Below, one piece after another: positions 50,267 to 64,000 of a stretch of 64,000 bases of DNA. The notes under the pieces were generated by a model that ran no database searches, had not been told where the DNA came from, and saw only the letters and a list, made by a program, of their open reading frames with translations. The stretch is from contig NC_092357.1 of the NCBI RefSeq assembly GCF_963676685.1, forward strand, positions 70,866,001 through 70,930,000, written 5' to 3'. A program made the position numbers and the translations under genes. Origin of the DNA: Mytilus edulis (lineage: Eukaryota). Position 1 is the stretch's first letter. Every line of letters starts with the position of its first letter.

Positions 50267-50578
50267 CAATGTTACTTTCAATGTATACAAGTTCTCTGTC
50301 GAACATTGAACCAGTGTTCAACATGTGATGTCATATAGGAATGGCGTCACGTCCTCTTTTGTGAGCAGTATCAATTAATGACATTAAACTGTAGTTACAG
50401 ATAAATGCTTAATTTGGCCAAAAAGAAATTAACTTGAAATGTAAAATGATTAAATGCGAGACAAAAACAGCTAATAAAAAAAGATATGAAAAGAATCTTT
50501 TCAATACAGAAGTTTCAATGTGGATCAAATAGGCAATGTATGCCAAAAGAAAATTTCAAACAAATAGCGAGAATATCA

Positions 50579-50828
50579 AACTAGAGGCTCTCAAGAGCCT
50601 GTGTCGCTCACCTTGGTCTATGTGCAGATTAAACAATGGACACAGATAAATTCATGAAAAAATTGTGTTTTGGTGATTGTGATGTGTTTGTAGATTGTGG
50701 CCAAGTTTGGTTTAATTTGGCCCAGTAGTTTCAGAGAAGAAGATTTTTGTAAAAACTAACGACGACGGACGACGACGACGGACGCTGGATGTGATGAGAA
50801 AAGCTCACTGGGCCTTTCGGACCAGGTT
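50579..50828. mobile_element. Helentron-associated (HINE/DINE-like) short element
   Basis: AACTAGAGGCTCTCAAGAGCC hairpin end, GCTCAC subterminal repeats, (GAC/GGAC)n microsatellite. Confidence 0.6.
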
Positions 50829-50869
50829 ATCTAAAAATAAAATCAAAAAGCAGTAAGACAGCCCATTCA

Positions 50870-51255
50870 CAGCAGTAAAAAAACAAAAAGAACAGCAACG
50901 AAACACACAAAAACGAACAAAAGAGAAACAAGAACAACAGAAAAACAAAACCAAAAGAGAAACAAAACCAAGAAAAGATAAACATAAACAGCAAAGAAAT
51001 AATAAAACAACAGCGAGACCAATGAACAAGATAGAAACAAAAACAGCAAATCAACAACAAACAATAGTATCAAACAAACTGAACAACAGAGAAACAAAAA
51101 AAACCCCAAAAAAAACCCCAAATGAAACAGAGAAACAATACGAGCAACAGAGAAATAAAAATCACAGGGAAAATAAATAACAACAGAGAAACATAACAAG
51201 CAACTAAGGAACAAATCAACAGAAAAAAAATGAACAACAAAGAAACAAAAAAACA
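50870..51255. repeat. A-rich (AAAC/AAAG) low-complexity tract
   Basis: Visible directly. Confidence 0.85.
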
Positions 51256-51458
51256 GTATTTCTACCTGTGGCGGTACCAGGATTTTCTTTAAAAAGGGGA
51301 ACAGCTGGGTTAAAAAAGGGATACTTACATCTAAAAAAAAATTCATAAGGGCCATGGATGCTTCGTTGCCATGTGTACTCATCTCCTTTGAATCATAACA
51401 ACTAAAGACAGGTGTCGATTTGCATACGAAAAAGTGCATTAAAAATTAAGGAACTATA

Positions 51459-52389
51459 CACATGGAAAAAAAGTAATACAACACCTCGATTATTTAAACC
51501 TTGGAAAAGAAGCCATCTTTTTCGGATAGAATATGAAAAAATATTTGTATAATGAAATTGAAAATTTGTTAATGATAAGATTGGTAATAAAATGAATAAA
51601 AAAAACTATGAAAAATATGCTTCAATTAACCACAATTTTGATAACAGAATGAAGTAATTTTTGTACCAAAAAAAATCATTTTACAACTTTTTCTGTAATT
51701 GAACTTTACAATATGGGACACTTTCAAAATTAAATTGTAAGTTGATTGTTCACATCATGCTTGATCGTTATACACCAACGAATCAATACTTGGTGCAGCC
51801 TCCAATGTGTATTTAATAAAGTGTATGAACTGGGGTGTCCTTTCGCTCACTGTACGCCCAATAATGTCCTATATAGTCTCGATATGGTTTGAATCCTGGC
51901 TACGATCAGGCCAAGGAAGATAAGCCAACTTTGATTGGACCAATGGGGGTTCCTCCAAGGTGCTAATTTCTTACGTTGGCGAGCTCTGCACCATGGGATA
52001 CGGACCAATTATGTTCTCTCGCACGACAACCAGTCGCTAAGATTCAATTTCGAACATTTTTTGTCTCCTGTAAGACAACCGCTAGTATTGTACTGTTTGC
52101 AAAGGGTTTCCTTCTGATCAACCGTCATAAGACTTAGCTTTCCCTAGCTGATGTTTTAGGGGTCTTCCTGATCTCGGAAGGTCTTAAACATCATTTGTTG
52201 CCGATTTTTATTCACAAAACGACTTATAGTGGAATGTTTGCTCATATTTGCTTCTCTCATGCTGATAATCTGCAATCTTGCTGCAGCTGGGAGTTGTGGA
52301 GGACCATTTCATGGTGATAGTCACTTAACTTTACAATCTTGATTATTTAAAGTGTATCAATTCGGTGTTGCAATCCTTTATTCCATGTG
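51459..52389 (-). mobile_element. Internally deleted, decayed Tc1 transposon
   Basis: TA|CACATGGAA...CAACACC inverted at both ends; minus-strand remnants STISRFV, DLPRSGRP, LIRRKPFA, WCRARQ..WRNPHWSNQS match a Tc1 HTH and the WSDES region. Confidence 0.8.
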
Positions 52390-53074
52390 TATATTAAAAT
52401 TTTGCTTTATGACTAAAATAATGACATATAAATCAACATAACCGTATTGAATTCTCTCTAGTTAAGATTTATACCGTTTTTACGAGTTTATGTATTGTCT
52501 GTGTCTTCATCTGACAAAGACAAATGAGATGAGAGTGCAGTAAGTGAACTCTCACATATAATGAGGGTAGAAACATTGTCGTCAAGCGTCAGATATGAGT
52601 CAACTGTTTTGTTGTGGTTATTCATTCTAAATTTGTAACTACCTTAAGCGTTAAAAAAAGTTTATTTTTCGATTATCATTTTGAAGGATATAACAATTCA
52701 CACCCTTTTATTTTAGAACAAAGTCCTAAGTGAGTTATATAATACACACCATGGATAACAGGACTCGATAGCTCTATCCTTGACATGTATTTATAATATT
52801 TGAAAAAGAAAGTAAAATCACAAAAATACTGAACTCCGAGGAAAATTCAAAACGGAAAGTCACTGGCTTACCGGCTGCTAATCAAATGACAAATTAAAAT
52901 GATAAAACTCATCAAACGAATGGACAACAAATTGTCATATTCCTGACTTGGTACGGGCATTTTGTAGAAAATGGTTGATTGAACCTGGTTTTATAAAGCT
53001 AAACTTCTCACTTGTACGACAGTTGCATCAAATTCCATTATATTGACAATGATGTTTGAACAAAATGTCACAAA

Positions 53075-53700
53075 TAGGGGGACAACAGCAACTCGAACCC
53101 CATCAAAAATTGGGGGTTTAGGTGTTCCGGAAGGGTTAGAAGATCCTGCTCCACATGTAGCATCTGTTGTGTTGCTCATGTATCACATAAGCAACACGAC
53201 GGGTGCCACATGTGGAGCAGGATCTGCTTACCCTTCCGGAGCACCTGAGATCACCCCTAGTTTTTGGTGGGGTTCGTGTTGTTTATTCTTTAGTTTTCTA
53301 TGTTGTGTCATGTGTACTATTGTTTTTCTGTTTGTCTTTTTCATTTTTAGCCATGGCGTTGTCAGTTTGTTTTAGATTTATGAGTTTGACTGTCCCTTTG
53401 GTATCTTTCGCCCCTCTTTTATTACAAAGGCGAAAAATTGTCTAATTCGGTAGGTCACATTCGATAAAAGGGAATGAGATTGTAGTAACGACATAAAGAA
53501 CATATCCAATATCATATATATAACGAGTATTCCATTACGGTCAACCAACTCGTGAAGGCACCCGTAAATTTTACAAAGTGATGATTTCAACTTCACCATA
53601 TAAAACTCTTTGTTTAAAATTGAAAAGGTCACAATATGGAAGCTGAAATCATCACTTTTGTCGTAAAGTTTTGTTTTCAACCAACCCTCATGTATACAAG
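53075..53700. mobile_element. Penelope-like 3' fragments in mixed orientation
   Basis: 53184-53420(+) matches 62234-62467. An inverse copy is at ~53075-53178. The minus-strand remnants LKTKLYDKSDDFSF and KLKSSLCKIYGCLHELVD lie at 53450-53700. Confidence 0.75.
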
Positions 53701-54572
53701 TCAATTTCTAAATTTCAAATGGCAAAATCAAAAGCTCACACACATCAAAAGAATGGATGACAACTGTCATATTCCTGACTTAGTACAGGCATTTTCTTAT
53801 GTAGAAAATATTGGATTGAACCTGGTTTCATAGCGCTAAACCTCTCGAAGCCTGACATTAAGCAAGACACCATCATTCATACCACCAATAATGAAGATGA
53901 ACAGATTGTAATGATTGTTCGCTATTCAATGTCCAGCAACAAATATTACATGCATATTCAAAACGATTGCGTGTTTATGAGATCTGCATATGTCGTTTTT
54001 GAACTAGTTCGACGCAATGAGTCGGGTTTTTGTGTCGTTTTGAACAACGAATCCAACCAGTATTAGGTCCCTTAGACACCATGGTCCCTTAGACACCATG
54101 GTCCTTTAGGCAGGGTAGAACCGGAAACATTGATTTTGACCTTATTTGCCTCGCGATCTTTTCCAAGACCTCGGTTCTCAAAAACTACCAATCAACGATA
54201 TCTTCAAAATGTTATCAGAGACTGTACAAGAAATAAGGAAGACTTGACGTGTAGAGTACTGAATCAAGGTGAAGGTTGCAGGGACTAATCACTACAAGTG
54301 TAGTAAATTGAGTACTGAACCAAGGTCAGAGGGACTAATCACTTGTAGTGAATTTCTCTAAAATCACCTTTTACTTGTGAGGAAGTTTTCCTACATATTT
54401 GTTTATTTTTAGGAAGTAGTCACTGAACAATAAACATGTAAATACATCATTGTTGTGGCTAATTAATGAACATAAAAGAAACCATGAGTGATAAGTACAA
54501 ACGTTACAATATGTTACCGGTTCGTTTTTTATATATAAGTAAATCCAAGGCCAAATGATATATGTCATACAC

Positions 54573-55100
54573 GAGGATCTGGATGGTGGGTTTCTATATT
54601 CTATATTCTATAATTTCTTTAGCCTTGGTCATTTTCTCTCTTCTTTATTCTTTTGTCCAATTGTTCTATATTCTTTATACTTTAGCACGCCAGCTTGCTC
54701 TATACATGTATTTATAGTGTTTGTCCATTTTTCTCTTTTCTTTATACTTTTTGTCCATTTTTCTCTTTTCTTTATATTTTTTGTCCATTTTTCTCTTTTC
54801 TTTATACAATATTAATTTGTCCATCTTTCTTTATATTGTCTGTTCATTTTACTATTTTCTTTATATTGTTTGTCCATTTTTCTCTATTCTTTATATTGTT
54901 TGTTCATTTTACTGTTTTGTTTATATTGTGTGTCCATTATTCTTTATCTTTATATTTAGAGGTCCATTATTCTCTATTGGTTATATTTTAGCGGTCCATT
55001 ATTCTTTTTTCATTAGTTTTTTTGGCCGATCTTTCTCTTTTTTTTTTATTGTGTACTTTTATCATTTATTCTCTATTCTGTTAACTCCATCCAGACCCTC
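54573..55100. mobile_element. TIR element with degenerate ~30-bp pyrimidine-rich internal repeats
   Basis: GAGGATCTGGATGG...CCATCCAGACCCTC. A similar purine-rich element is at ~59457-59695; no TSD is evident. Confidence 0.55.
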
Positions 55101-56238
55101 AAATAGTTGTTACATTCCGAGAATTTGTCAATCAATTAATCGGGAAGCATCAATAATAGTAGTAGTGAGTAATCCAGTGTGAAAATAGTAAAAACGAAGT
55201 AATAAAACCCATGTCATCAGTGCTAGTGTACTTATTGGATCACCTGGTTTCAAGGGTTAGCGAGAACGGACGCGCAATTTCTTTTTTTTCTGCATATGCG
55301 GATCCAGGACTTTTCAAATCGGTGTCATTTTTATACAAGGTAGACTTTCAGTAATGTTACGTGACATAGGCCATGTACATATATATTCTAATACGGCGGG
55401 TCAACCATATCTTAATATAATTTATGACAGTTGTGTCATAATAAGAAACTTGTAAAAATAAGTCGGAAAGCGCTCGCTTGATAAATCAGACTAGCACGAA
55501 ACTCACAATTTATTTAACAAAAAAAATAAAAATACACAAATCTTGTTTGACGTCCTATACGGTTTATTATTTATTTAACCCCCCCCCCCCCCCCTTTCCT
55601 CTCTATATGACTAATATGTCTTTATTCAAAGAAAAAAGGTTTTTACAAACTTTGATTTAGAAATAATGATAAAAAAAAAACACTTGACAGTAGGTCTAAC
55701 TAATATAACTGAATGATTGGTCGCACTTTTTTTATATACCAGGAACTGTAAACCCGTATGTAAATATGTGATCAGCAGGATTCCTGATTCCAACTCCACA
55801 GTGGTCCTGACATTATTCCTAGTAGAAAATCAGTCGAAGAAACCTTTCCAACATTTCATTATTCCCACCCTCCTCTTCTTCATATCCCTTCCCCCTCTTC
55901 CCTTAGTGTCCACCCCCTGAATCCTGCTTCCAATCCCCACCCCTCATTCCCTGGTTGGCTTATCTACGTATCCCTGTCTACCTCTCTATGTGCATAGTTT
56001 AACACACGTAAACTTTAAATGGCTTTACTGATTTCGATTTTCAGGAAAGTTGTATTGATGTCTTTGACATAGTTTCTTAAAATCGTTTTGATATTTCTGA
56101 TGTCTACCAGTAAGTAGACAGTGTATACCTTGTTGAAAAAAAGATATAGATACGTTTTCTGCAGTGTTTCAATTAGAATATGTATATTTACAAATGTTAG
56201 GCAAATCTCAGAATTCGGTCTAGTGCATGCAAAGGAGT

Positions 56239-56531
56239 TTTTATGCCCCACCTACGATAGTTGAGGGGCATTATGTTTTCTGGTCTGTGCGTTCGTTCGT
56301 CCGTCCGTTCGTCCGTCCGTCTGTCCCGCTTCAGGTTAAAGTTTTTGGTCAAGGTAGTTTTTGATGAAGTTGAAGTCCAATCAACTTCAAACTTAGTACA
56401 CATGTTCCCTATGATATGATCTTTCTAGTTTTAATGCCAAATTAGAGTTTTTATCCCAATGTCACGGTCCACTGAACATAGAAAATGAAAGTGCGAGTGG
56501 GGCATTCGTGTACTGAGGACACATTCTTGTT
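56239..56531 (+). mobile_element. Helentron-associated (HINE/DINE-like) short element
   Basis: TT ends, ATGCCCCA/TGGGGCAT inverted repeats, (GTCC/GTTC)n, 3' hairpin GTGT..ACAC followed by TCTTGTT. Confidence 0.7.
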
Positions 56532-59147
56532 ATATGGTGTATTTGCATTGGTATAAATATGTTTTTAACATGTTTCTTTTATGTGGGAAGTTAAATCATT
56601 TCTTTTTTGTTAATCTAAAGGAAAATTGCATTAAGAATTACTTCCTTATGGAAATGAGAAACCTTTGAAAATCAATGTACTGACTATGCCTATAATGGGT
56701 CCTCTGTTGGAAATAAACTGTATCTTATCTTATCTTATAGCTTACAATACTGTTCACTAAACATCGACTAGTACTGTAGAAAGTATTATTCATAAATCTA
56801 GTGGTGAAATATTGTTGTCGTATGAATGTAAAAACTGGTATGCATGCACTAGACCAAATTCTGAAACATTAACTCAGATTTGGATAACTGCATGTTTTGA
56901 TTGATTGCTGGTTGCCAGTGGCAAATATTTCATGCATGTTCCTGACGACTGAATATTTTGAAAAAAAGAAAAAGGTAATATGACAGCCAATGAGACATCT
57001 ATAAATCTTAGTCTGAATGATGTGGATGTTAGCAAATATTGGTCATTATACGGCCTTCAACAATGAGGAAAACCCAAACCGAAGTATCCGCTATTTAAGA
57101 CACCTTAATGTGGCAGATAAAGAGATCGAGTACACTTTAGGAGAATATTGAGGCGGTTCATGAAATTCGTAACTAGAAACTGAAAACGAACGAAAAAGTG
57201 ATGAGCGCACCTTTAGTCTTAATTATATTTTAAAATTAGTAATGTTTATTTCAAACGAACTGTCAAAGCGGAATATACTATTTATATATATATATGGAAC
57301 AAGCAATAGTGTTATTATACCATTGTTCTGGGATTATATCTGTACAATTATAAAGCATGGTTTAAATAATATAATACCCTTAGCCATGTAATGGTAGGAT
57401 TAAAAGTTAAATATAATATTAGAAATCATTCTTCTGTTGTATTTTATAATGTACGTTGATATAGAATTTAAAAGGACGCATTTGTGATATATAATTAATC
57501 AATGATTGGTCTATCAGGTTTAAGACAATGGCTTTTATTACTGTGAAATATGGAGGTAAAATATGTGTATGGGGGTAAGAGATCTGTATTGGGGTTTATG
57601 GTGTATTCGTATTGGTATAAATATCTGTTTTACCATGTTCCTTTTGTGTGGGAAGTTAAATAATTTCTTTTTTGGGAGTGTAAAGGAAAATTCAATCGCA
57701 ATAAGAAAACTTTGAAAAGTGAGAAGAGAGTTGGAATAATATTCTGCAAGATGCAACCATCCTTATTGACGAACTTGTAGTATAGTACAATTTAATTTCG
57801 TTAAAAATCTCTCACAGTCAAATCTAGTATGTTGATGTACATGTAAGTTATTTGTCTGTTCTATGTAATTCTTTCAAAATATTTTCTTAATATATATTTT
57901 CATCTTACTTTCTTATTGTTTATCAATACCAGATACATATAACTTTGTTTCATATGTTTCTGGCAATACATATACAATATTTGTACATTGTTGACAATAT
58001 AAAAACATTTTGTGTATGAGCTTTAGCAAATAGGACGAAAAAGTGAGGCTCGCCGACCTTTTCTCCTGTTTCGTAGCGAGTACAAATACATTTTATATTT
58101 TTCAACAATATACATATATTGTATTTATCCTGAAAGTTACACCCAACACTTCAACTTTAGTTTTTATAATCTAAATCTTTGTCTCTTATTTTACAATGAA
58201 ATCGACATAGTTTAAACGCGGACCGGGAAGAGGACCCCAATATGAAATGTTATGCAAAAAGAAATATCCACATTACCGCTTGCTCAACAAATAAGCAGGG
58301 TAGCAGGAGATTTGACAAGTACATATAAAGCAAAAAAATACTTGTGTACCTGCTATTTGTACAATAGTTGGCTGATTGCAGGATACAATCTGCAGTTACT
58401 ATCCTCATTTATATACAAAACGGATGGATAAAACGTTGTGATTAGTCATCGGAGCAACACAAAAAAAAAATCACTCGACCACACGATTTCTTTCGTTTCT
58501 TAATTATAGATGTAAAGCAATGGTTCGTGTGACTCAATCGAATATGTTTAAGCATAGTTTACATTGTCTCTATTTTTTTTATATTTTTTTTTTGTATTTT
58601 GTAATCAGAAAATATACAGTCAGTGGTGTATTTATATTTGATGTATTTGTAATTTGTAAAGTTGTAGTCAAGTGCATTTAGAGTGTATAGAAATTACGTA
58701 CATATTTTGAATGTATTAGATACTTTTTTTTAAATGGAGATGAGAGGTTTTATTATAAATAGACGAACATTCTAAGTGTCAATAAAGATTTTTTTGTTAA
58801 TATATATATATTTTATTTAGAAAACTACCCCTATACATCGGGGGCACCAGTCATCAGGGTAGAAGTGATGGTGCGTCTATACTATATTATTTACAATTAT
58901 ATACATTTTAGTTAATGGTTTCATTATAGAATGTCTTTGAAACAATAACATACATGGCACATTAATAAGACAAAAATAGAGATTTCTAAAATACATAATC
59001 ATAATAAAAAAAACAATTTATAGAATGTTAAAATATACATGTAATTAAAACACTCGTAGACAAATATGACCATGCAGCATGTATAAAGCATAAAAACTAA
59101 GATCAATCAATATATAATAGTACATACGAGTAAGTTAACTCAAAGGT

Positions 59148-59440
59148 TTATTTTGGTTCAACCATAGTTTGACGTAATCTAAATAATTCTAAGAGATACA
59201 TTCTTCCATAAACATCATAAAATGAACCAATTTCATCGTTAAAAGCATAACCAATATCGCCAACTAAAAATAATACTTGTGCACGTGGCGACAGTTCCAG
59301 AAAACTTACATTTCTATCATTAAAAGAGGCAAATAAGGTGAAAAATTTAGACCTGGTTTGCTCAAGAATAGATAGTTTCAGAATTTGACGAATAGTTACT
59401 AAAATCGAATTCCTCAAGACAGTATGCAATGTGTACTTTA
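59148..59440 (-). mobile_element. Possible decayed LINE ORF2 C-terminus
   Basis: Protein-like tail LEQTRSKFF...FLELSPRAQVLFLVG...LLELFRLR followed by an AT-rich 3' region; family not established. Confidence 0.4.
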
Positions 59441-62129
59441 ATTGATAAGGAGATACGAGGGTCTGAATGAAGGTTTCAAAATAGAGAATAATGGAATATA
59501 GTAAGGGGGATGGGGTTTAGGAGGGGTTAACACGCAGAATGGAGGGCAAACAAATAATAAATAACAGAAAAATGGCTAGAAAACAAGTAATAGAGCATAA
59601 TGGGATATTAAATTATATGCAAAGAACAATGAAGACAGTAACTAAAGAATAGAGAAAATAGGCAAAGAATAAGGAAACGGCGGACTTCCAGACCCGCAGA
59701 TATGCTTGTCAATACTATGATTGGTTGTGATGCTCCCTACTGTTTTGATCTGGTTATCAATAAACCAAACATAATCCTCAAATGACTGACAGACAGAAAA
59801 TCTTAATCCCCAGAACGTTTAAATGATTGACAATAAGTATTGAAATTAATCCTACTTATTCTAACAAAGACTTATCAATAATTCAAGAGACATTCCAAAC
59901 GGATTTGTCAATCGATAAAGATCAATAGAATGTTTGTACTAATGTTTACACTGATAGATGTAACGGCTATGTCTTAAAACAGTAAAATAAAATATGCATG
60001 TTTGTTTGCCACAGGGGATCTACTAAGATCGATCTAAGATGCTTCCTTTAGGCTTTGATAGACTATTTTCATATAACCGACTTTTTCCTCCTGGAGTTTA
60101 TATAAATTTTCGACAGACAACCTACATGATCCTACATTATGGTAGGACTTTCTGGTACTCGGTCAATTACGAACAACTAAATAAAGTAAAATCCCACTTA
60201 AATTGGTATCATATTTAGAAAAAAAGATATTTGTTATAGATTTAGTTTTAAGGACTCTCTTACTTGATCTAGTACCAGAATGTTCAGCCACAAGCTTGAT
60301 AACCTGTCGAAACATTATATACCCGGAGTCAAAAGTCAGTAATATGAAAAAAGTCTGTTAGGATTCCATGTTATAGGGAAATTGTGTTAGGTCGATTGAT
60401 CAAATAAAATAAAGACGGAGTGAAACGACAACAACATCTATACAACAGAAAGTGTAATTGCATTATATACTTTGAATTGAAATTCTGCATATAAATGTAC
60501 AATGGTTCTTTCACAAGAATGGGATGTGTTCATTATATCTACTTTGAAGTACGATGGACGATTTTTTCATTACCTCAGATTTTTTTGTAGTAGGTTACGA
60601 TGATCATTTACCATGATTGCCTCTTTAATATGTAGTATTGCTTTTTCTTCAATAGAATATAAATATAAATAAGTAGTTTTGGAATGAGTGCTAATCAGAC
60701 AACTCTCTCACCCAAGTTACAATTTGTAGCATTAAGTCATTATAATAGAAGGTAAAAGTGCGGCCATCATCACGAAGCCTCGTCTTACACCGAACAACAA
60801 GCTATGAAGGACCACATAAAATAACATGTGTATAACAACTCAAACGGGAACACCAACGGTCTTTTAAACATGTTTACAAAGTACGTACACCATACTAATG
60901 GAAAACCTAAAACAATTTATAACCAAGTAAATTCAAATGAATATGACAGTTCTTGTCCATTCGTTTTTGATGCGTTTTGTTATTTGATTTTGCCATGTGA
61001 TTATGGACTTTCCCAATTGATCTTCCTCTAAGTTCAGTATTTTTGTGCTTTTACTTTTCAAATGGCGTGTCGCCATTTTAATTGTTGTGTTAAACAAAAT
61101 GTCCGTTTCTGTACTTATAGCTTAGATTTTGACGTCTGAACATTAAAGTTTTCGTGTTGACCGGATTTTGTTTTATTATTTATTTGTATTGTTCTAAATA
61201 CAAAGTTTAAAAATTATGAACATTGATGGTCATACAAAACTAAATGACAATATTATGATTAGAAATGAATTGCTGTGCACACTGTTAAGTAAATTGAGAG
61301 GGATACCTTTAATAATATGAAATCAACAGAACGATTGGTTAAGTAGGTATACAAGATTGGCCCTGAACTAATGGTATAGCGTAGCTTACTTTTTGGGGTA
61401 CGAATACAAAATACCCCTCTAGCGCAAAGGTTATTTATCAAAGAATCAACTATAGAATCCTCTTTTACTAATGTATTCCCCACTCTTTCTCTGTACTTGT
61501 TGTGCCTCTTTTTTTCATTTGTACTGCAGTATGTTCGGTGGTTAAAGTCAGCTGTTTTTATTGGATTAAACAATATAAGTTAATTTATTTTTTAGATTCT
61601 CAAGAAGATATTTTCAATCCGAACTGCAGAACATTTAACTTGCTTAGATGTATTCAACGTCGATGTAAATGTAACGATGAGGGTGAGTATAAAACGACTT
61701 ATCTGATTGGTCGAGTGAAAGTTTAGAACAACTTGTTTAATTGATTGAAGGGTAATTGACTGATTGGAAAAGATAAAACTGAGTAAAGACCCCATCTTAA
61801 ACGTTCCTGCAAAGATCTCGGTGTCATGCAACAATTTAGGCAAGATTCCTCATCATCAATCTGTCCAATCTAAATTAGTTTTTTACTTTGTTTTCTGTAC
61901 CTACATATTAATCTTCTATGCATATACCTCACCTCACGACTACAATTTCCAAATACAAAGACGTGTTGCAGTACCACACTATTGACGACTTAAAAAGTCT
62001 AAACCACCTGTGCTAGTTTCAGCTGGCCCGGTTATTACTGCTAACATAAACATTGAGATTAATACTCCTTTGCGATATGTTTTGTCAAAATATATGAGAT
62101 ATTATCATGAGCTTTAAATATGGAATAAC

Positions 62130-62467
62130 CGTATCACAAATGATATCGGATATGTTCCTTACGTCGTAACTACAATCCCCTTCCCTTTCCTGAATGTGAC
62201 CTACCGAATTAGACTATTTACCGGATTTCTTATCACATAAGCAACACGACGGGTGCCGCATGTGGAGCAGGATCTGCCTACCCTTCCGGAGCACCTGAGA
62301 TCACCCCTAGTTTTTTGGTGGGGTTCGTGTTGTTTATTCTTTAGTTTTCTATGTTGTGTCGTGTGTGCTGTTGTTTGTTTGTCTTTTTCATTTTTAGCCA
62401 TGGCGTTGTCAGTTTGTTTTAGATTTATGAGTTTGACTGTCCCTTTGGTATCTTTCGTCCCTCTTTT
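62130..62467 (+). mobile_element. Penelope-like 3' terminal fragment
   Basis: Near-identical to 53184-53420, and its 5' part is homologous to 53440-53515(-). Confidence 0.75.
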
Positions 62468-64000
62468 AAAACATCAATTAAAAGCCCAACTTTATAAAAG
62501 GTTGCACAATTGCTGATCTCAAAAGTAGATTCAAAAAGGGGTAGTCCATAATGACTGAAAAAATCAAACCAAAGACTAAATCAAACAACGAAACGCATGA
62601 AAAAAACCCTGTTTATATTCCTGGCTAGGTACTTGAATTTTCCAAAGAAAATGGTGGGTTTAACTATGTTTTATAGCTGGCTTAACTTTTGGTTCAGTCG
62701 AAGATTTTACAAGACAGAAATCAGACAAAAGTGGTAACATACAGATTTTATGAGTAATAATTTATGTCAGTCGAACTATAAGAAAATATTGACATCCTTA
62801 AGGTTTATTATAAGAAATGTTTTGTTTCAGTCGAACTATCAGATGAAAGTGGTAATATAAAGTTTTTACGAGAATGTCCAAATAGATATGCCAGTGAAAT
62901 GTTGACGGACAGAGAATCATTAGTATTACTACGTGTAGAAAGTATGTATATAACTGATTATATGATAAAATACCTACCTTGGTTCGTTTTCCTATAAAAA
63001 GCTACTAGTACCTCCCTTAATTTGTTCTCCTCTTATAGCTGATGTCTTTCCCTCGGTTTTAGTTTGTTATCCGGATTTGTTTTCTCTCTATCGATTTATG
63101 ACTTTTGAACAGCGGTATACTACTGCTGCTTTTATTTTCCATACAAGATCATGTGAATTATCAGAAGTATTCCTAGATTGGATTGCCTATAAACAACTTG
63201 TTTGCCGACTGGACTGATCAGAAGTTAATTCCTTTGTAAGTGTTCCGTACAAAAAAAGTAATACATAAAAATAACGAACTTTAATGAAAATTCCTAACGA
63301 AAAGTTCTTTATCAAATGGCAAAATCAAAGTGTCAGACTCGTTAAACGAATGGAAATTATATTGGTTTACTTAACTAATTTGTTTTCCGTCTATACATAT
63401 AATAGGTTAACAATTCAACGTTAACCCCTCATATAAAAAGTTGGAGTACAATTTCCAATGCGACAACCCCCCTCCCCCGATAGACGGAATGACGTCGAAG
63501 TAAACAACAGTGTGACCTTCAAAATCCAAACCGCAAAGAAATATATAGAAGAACCCAATAATGGTTTATCGTTACAAAGTGTGACTTGGGCGGAGAGTTT
63601 TCTCCTTGGCATTCGTGCCACATCTTCTTAAATCTACCGACATAACGTACAACTGTAAAACCAGTATATAGAGCTCGAGAAATCTTACGACCTTATCTAA
63701 GTATTAAATACACGAAAAACAAAAATTATAAACATACGGAGATATGGTAGGATTGGTATGACACAATTACCTACTAGAGGTCAGATGACATTGGTACAAG
63801 CAATTGTTAGTACCATTAAGGTCTTCAACGTGAAAACAAATCCTCACATATTGTCCACTATAATAGAAACAATTCAACGAGAAAAAAAAAACAAACGATA
63901 CAATTTATGACTGTCAATACTATTTACAAAAAAACGAATATGGTAGACATTTTCCCTTGTGATCGGTGAGAGGTTATTTCACTTAGTTTGTAATACAAAG

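Noticed and set aside
50805-51439. Hydrophobic 190-aa ORF resembling a membrane protein or P450 fragment
   Set aside because: Produced by the T-rich complement of a low-complexity tract plus a decayed MITE-like segment.
54555-55182. Phe/Leu-rich ORFs
   Set aside because: Pyrimidine-rich internal repeats of a non-autonomous element.
61259-61985. Cluster of 73-104 aa ORFs
   Set aside because: No recognisable motif or consistent splice structure. It could be an old element remnant, but I cannot support a call.

Overview
AT-rich, repeat-dense eukaryotic DNA. It is most likely from a bivalve: the interspersed repeat families and gene types look Mytilus-like, which is an inference. There is one 100-N gap (38007-38106). 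I reconstructed three spliced host genes by hand: (1) a 5-exon secreted C-type lectin, perlucin-like with QPD/WND motifs, on the minus strand (924-9883, 169 aa); (2) a secreted globular-head C1q-domain protein on the plus strand (coding exons 24586-24649 and 28094-28566, 178 aa); (3) a short ankyrin-repeat gene on the minus strand (33906-40228). A ~7-kb CpG-rich 42-bp minisatellite lies between the divergent lectin and C1q genes. It has a higher-order structure that amplified one embedded 160-bp MITE to three copies. An intact Gypsy (Mag-like) LTR retrotransposon (43148-47945) has apparently identical 232-bp LTRs, a GCTTT target duplication, a single Gag-Pol ORF and an atypical RVDD RT motif. 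It is inserted in the endonuclease domain of a decayed HERO/R2-like non-LTR element. The rest is nested MITEs, Tc1, Penelope and LINE remnants, and minisatellites (15, 25, 28, 45, 80 bp). Most ORFs in the supplied track are repeat artefacts. I found no clearly new biological system. The best leads are the RVDD retrotransposon, the higher-order array with its MITE at the lectin promoter, and amidation-like processing motifs shared by the two secreted recognition proteins.
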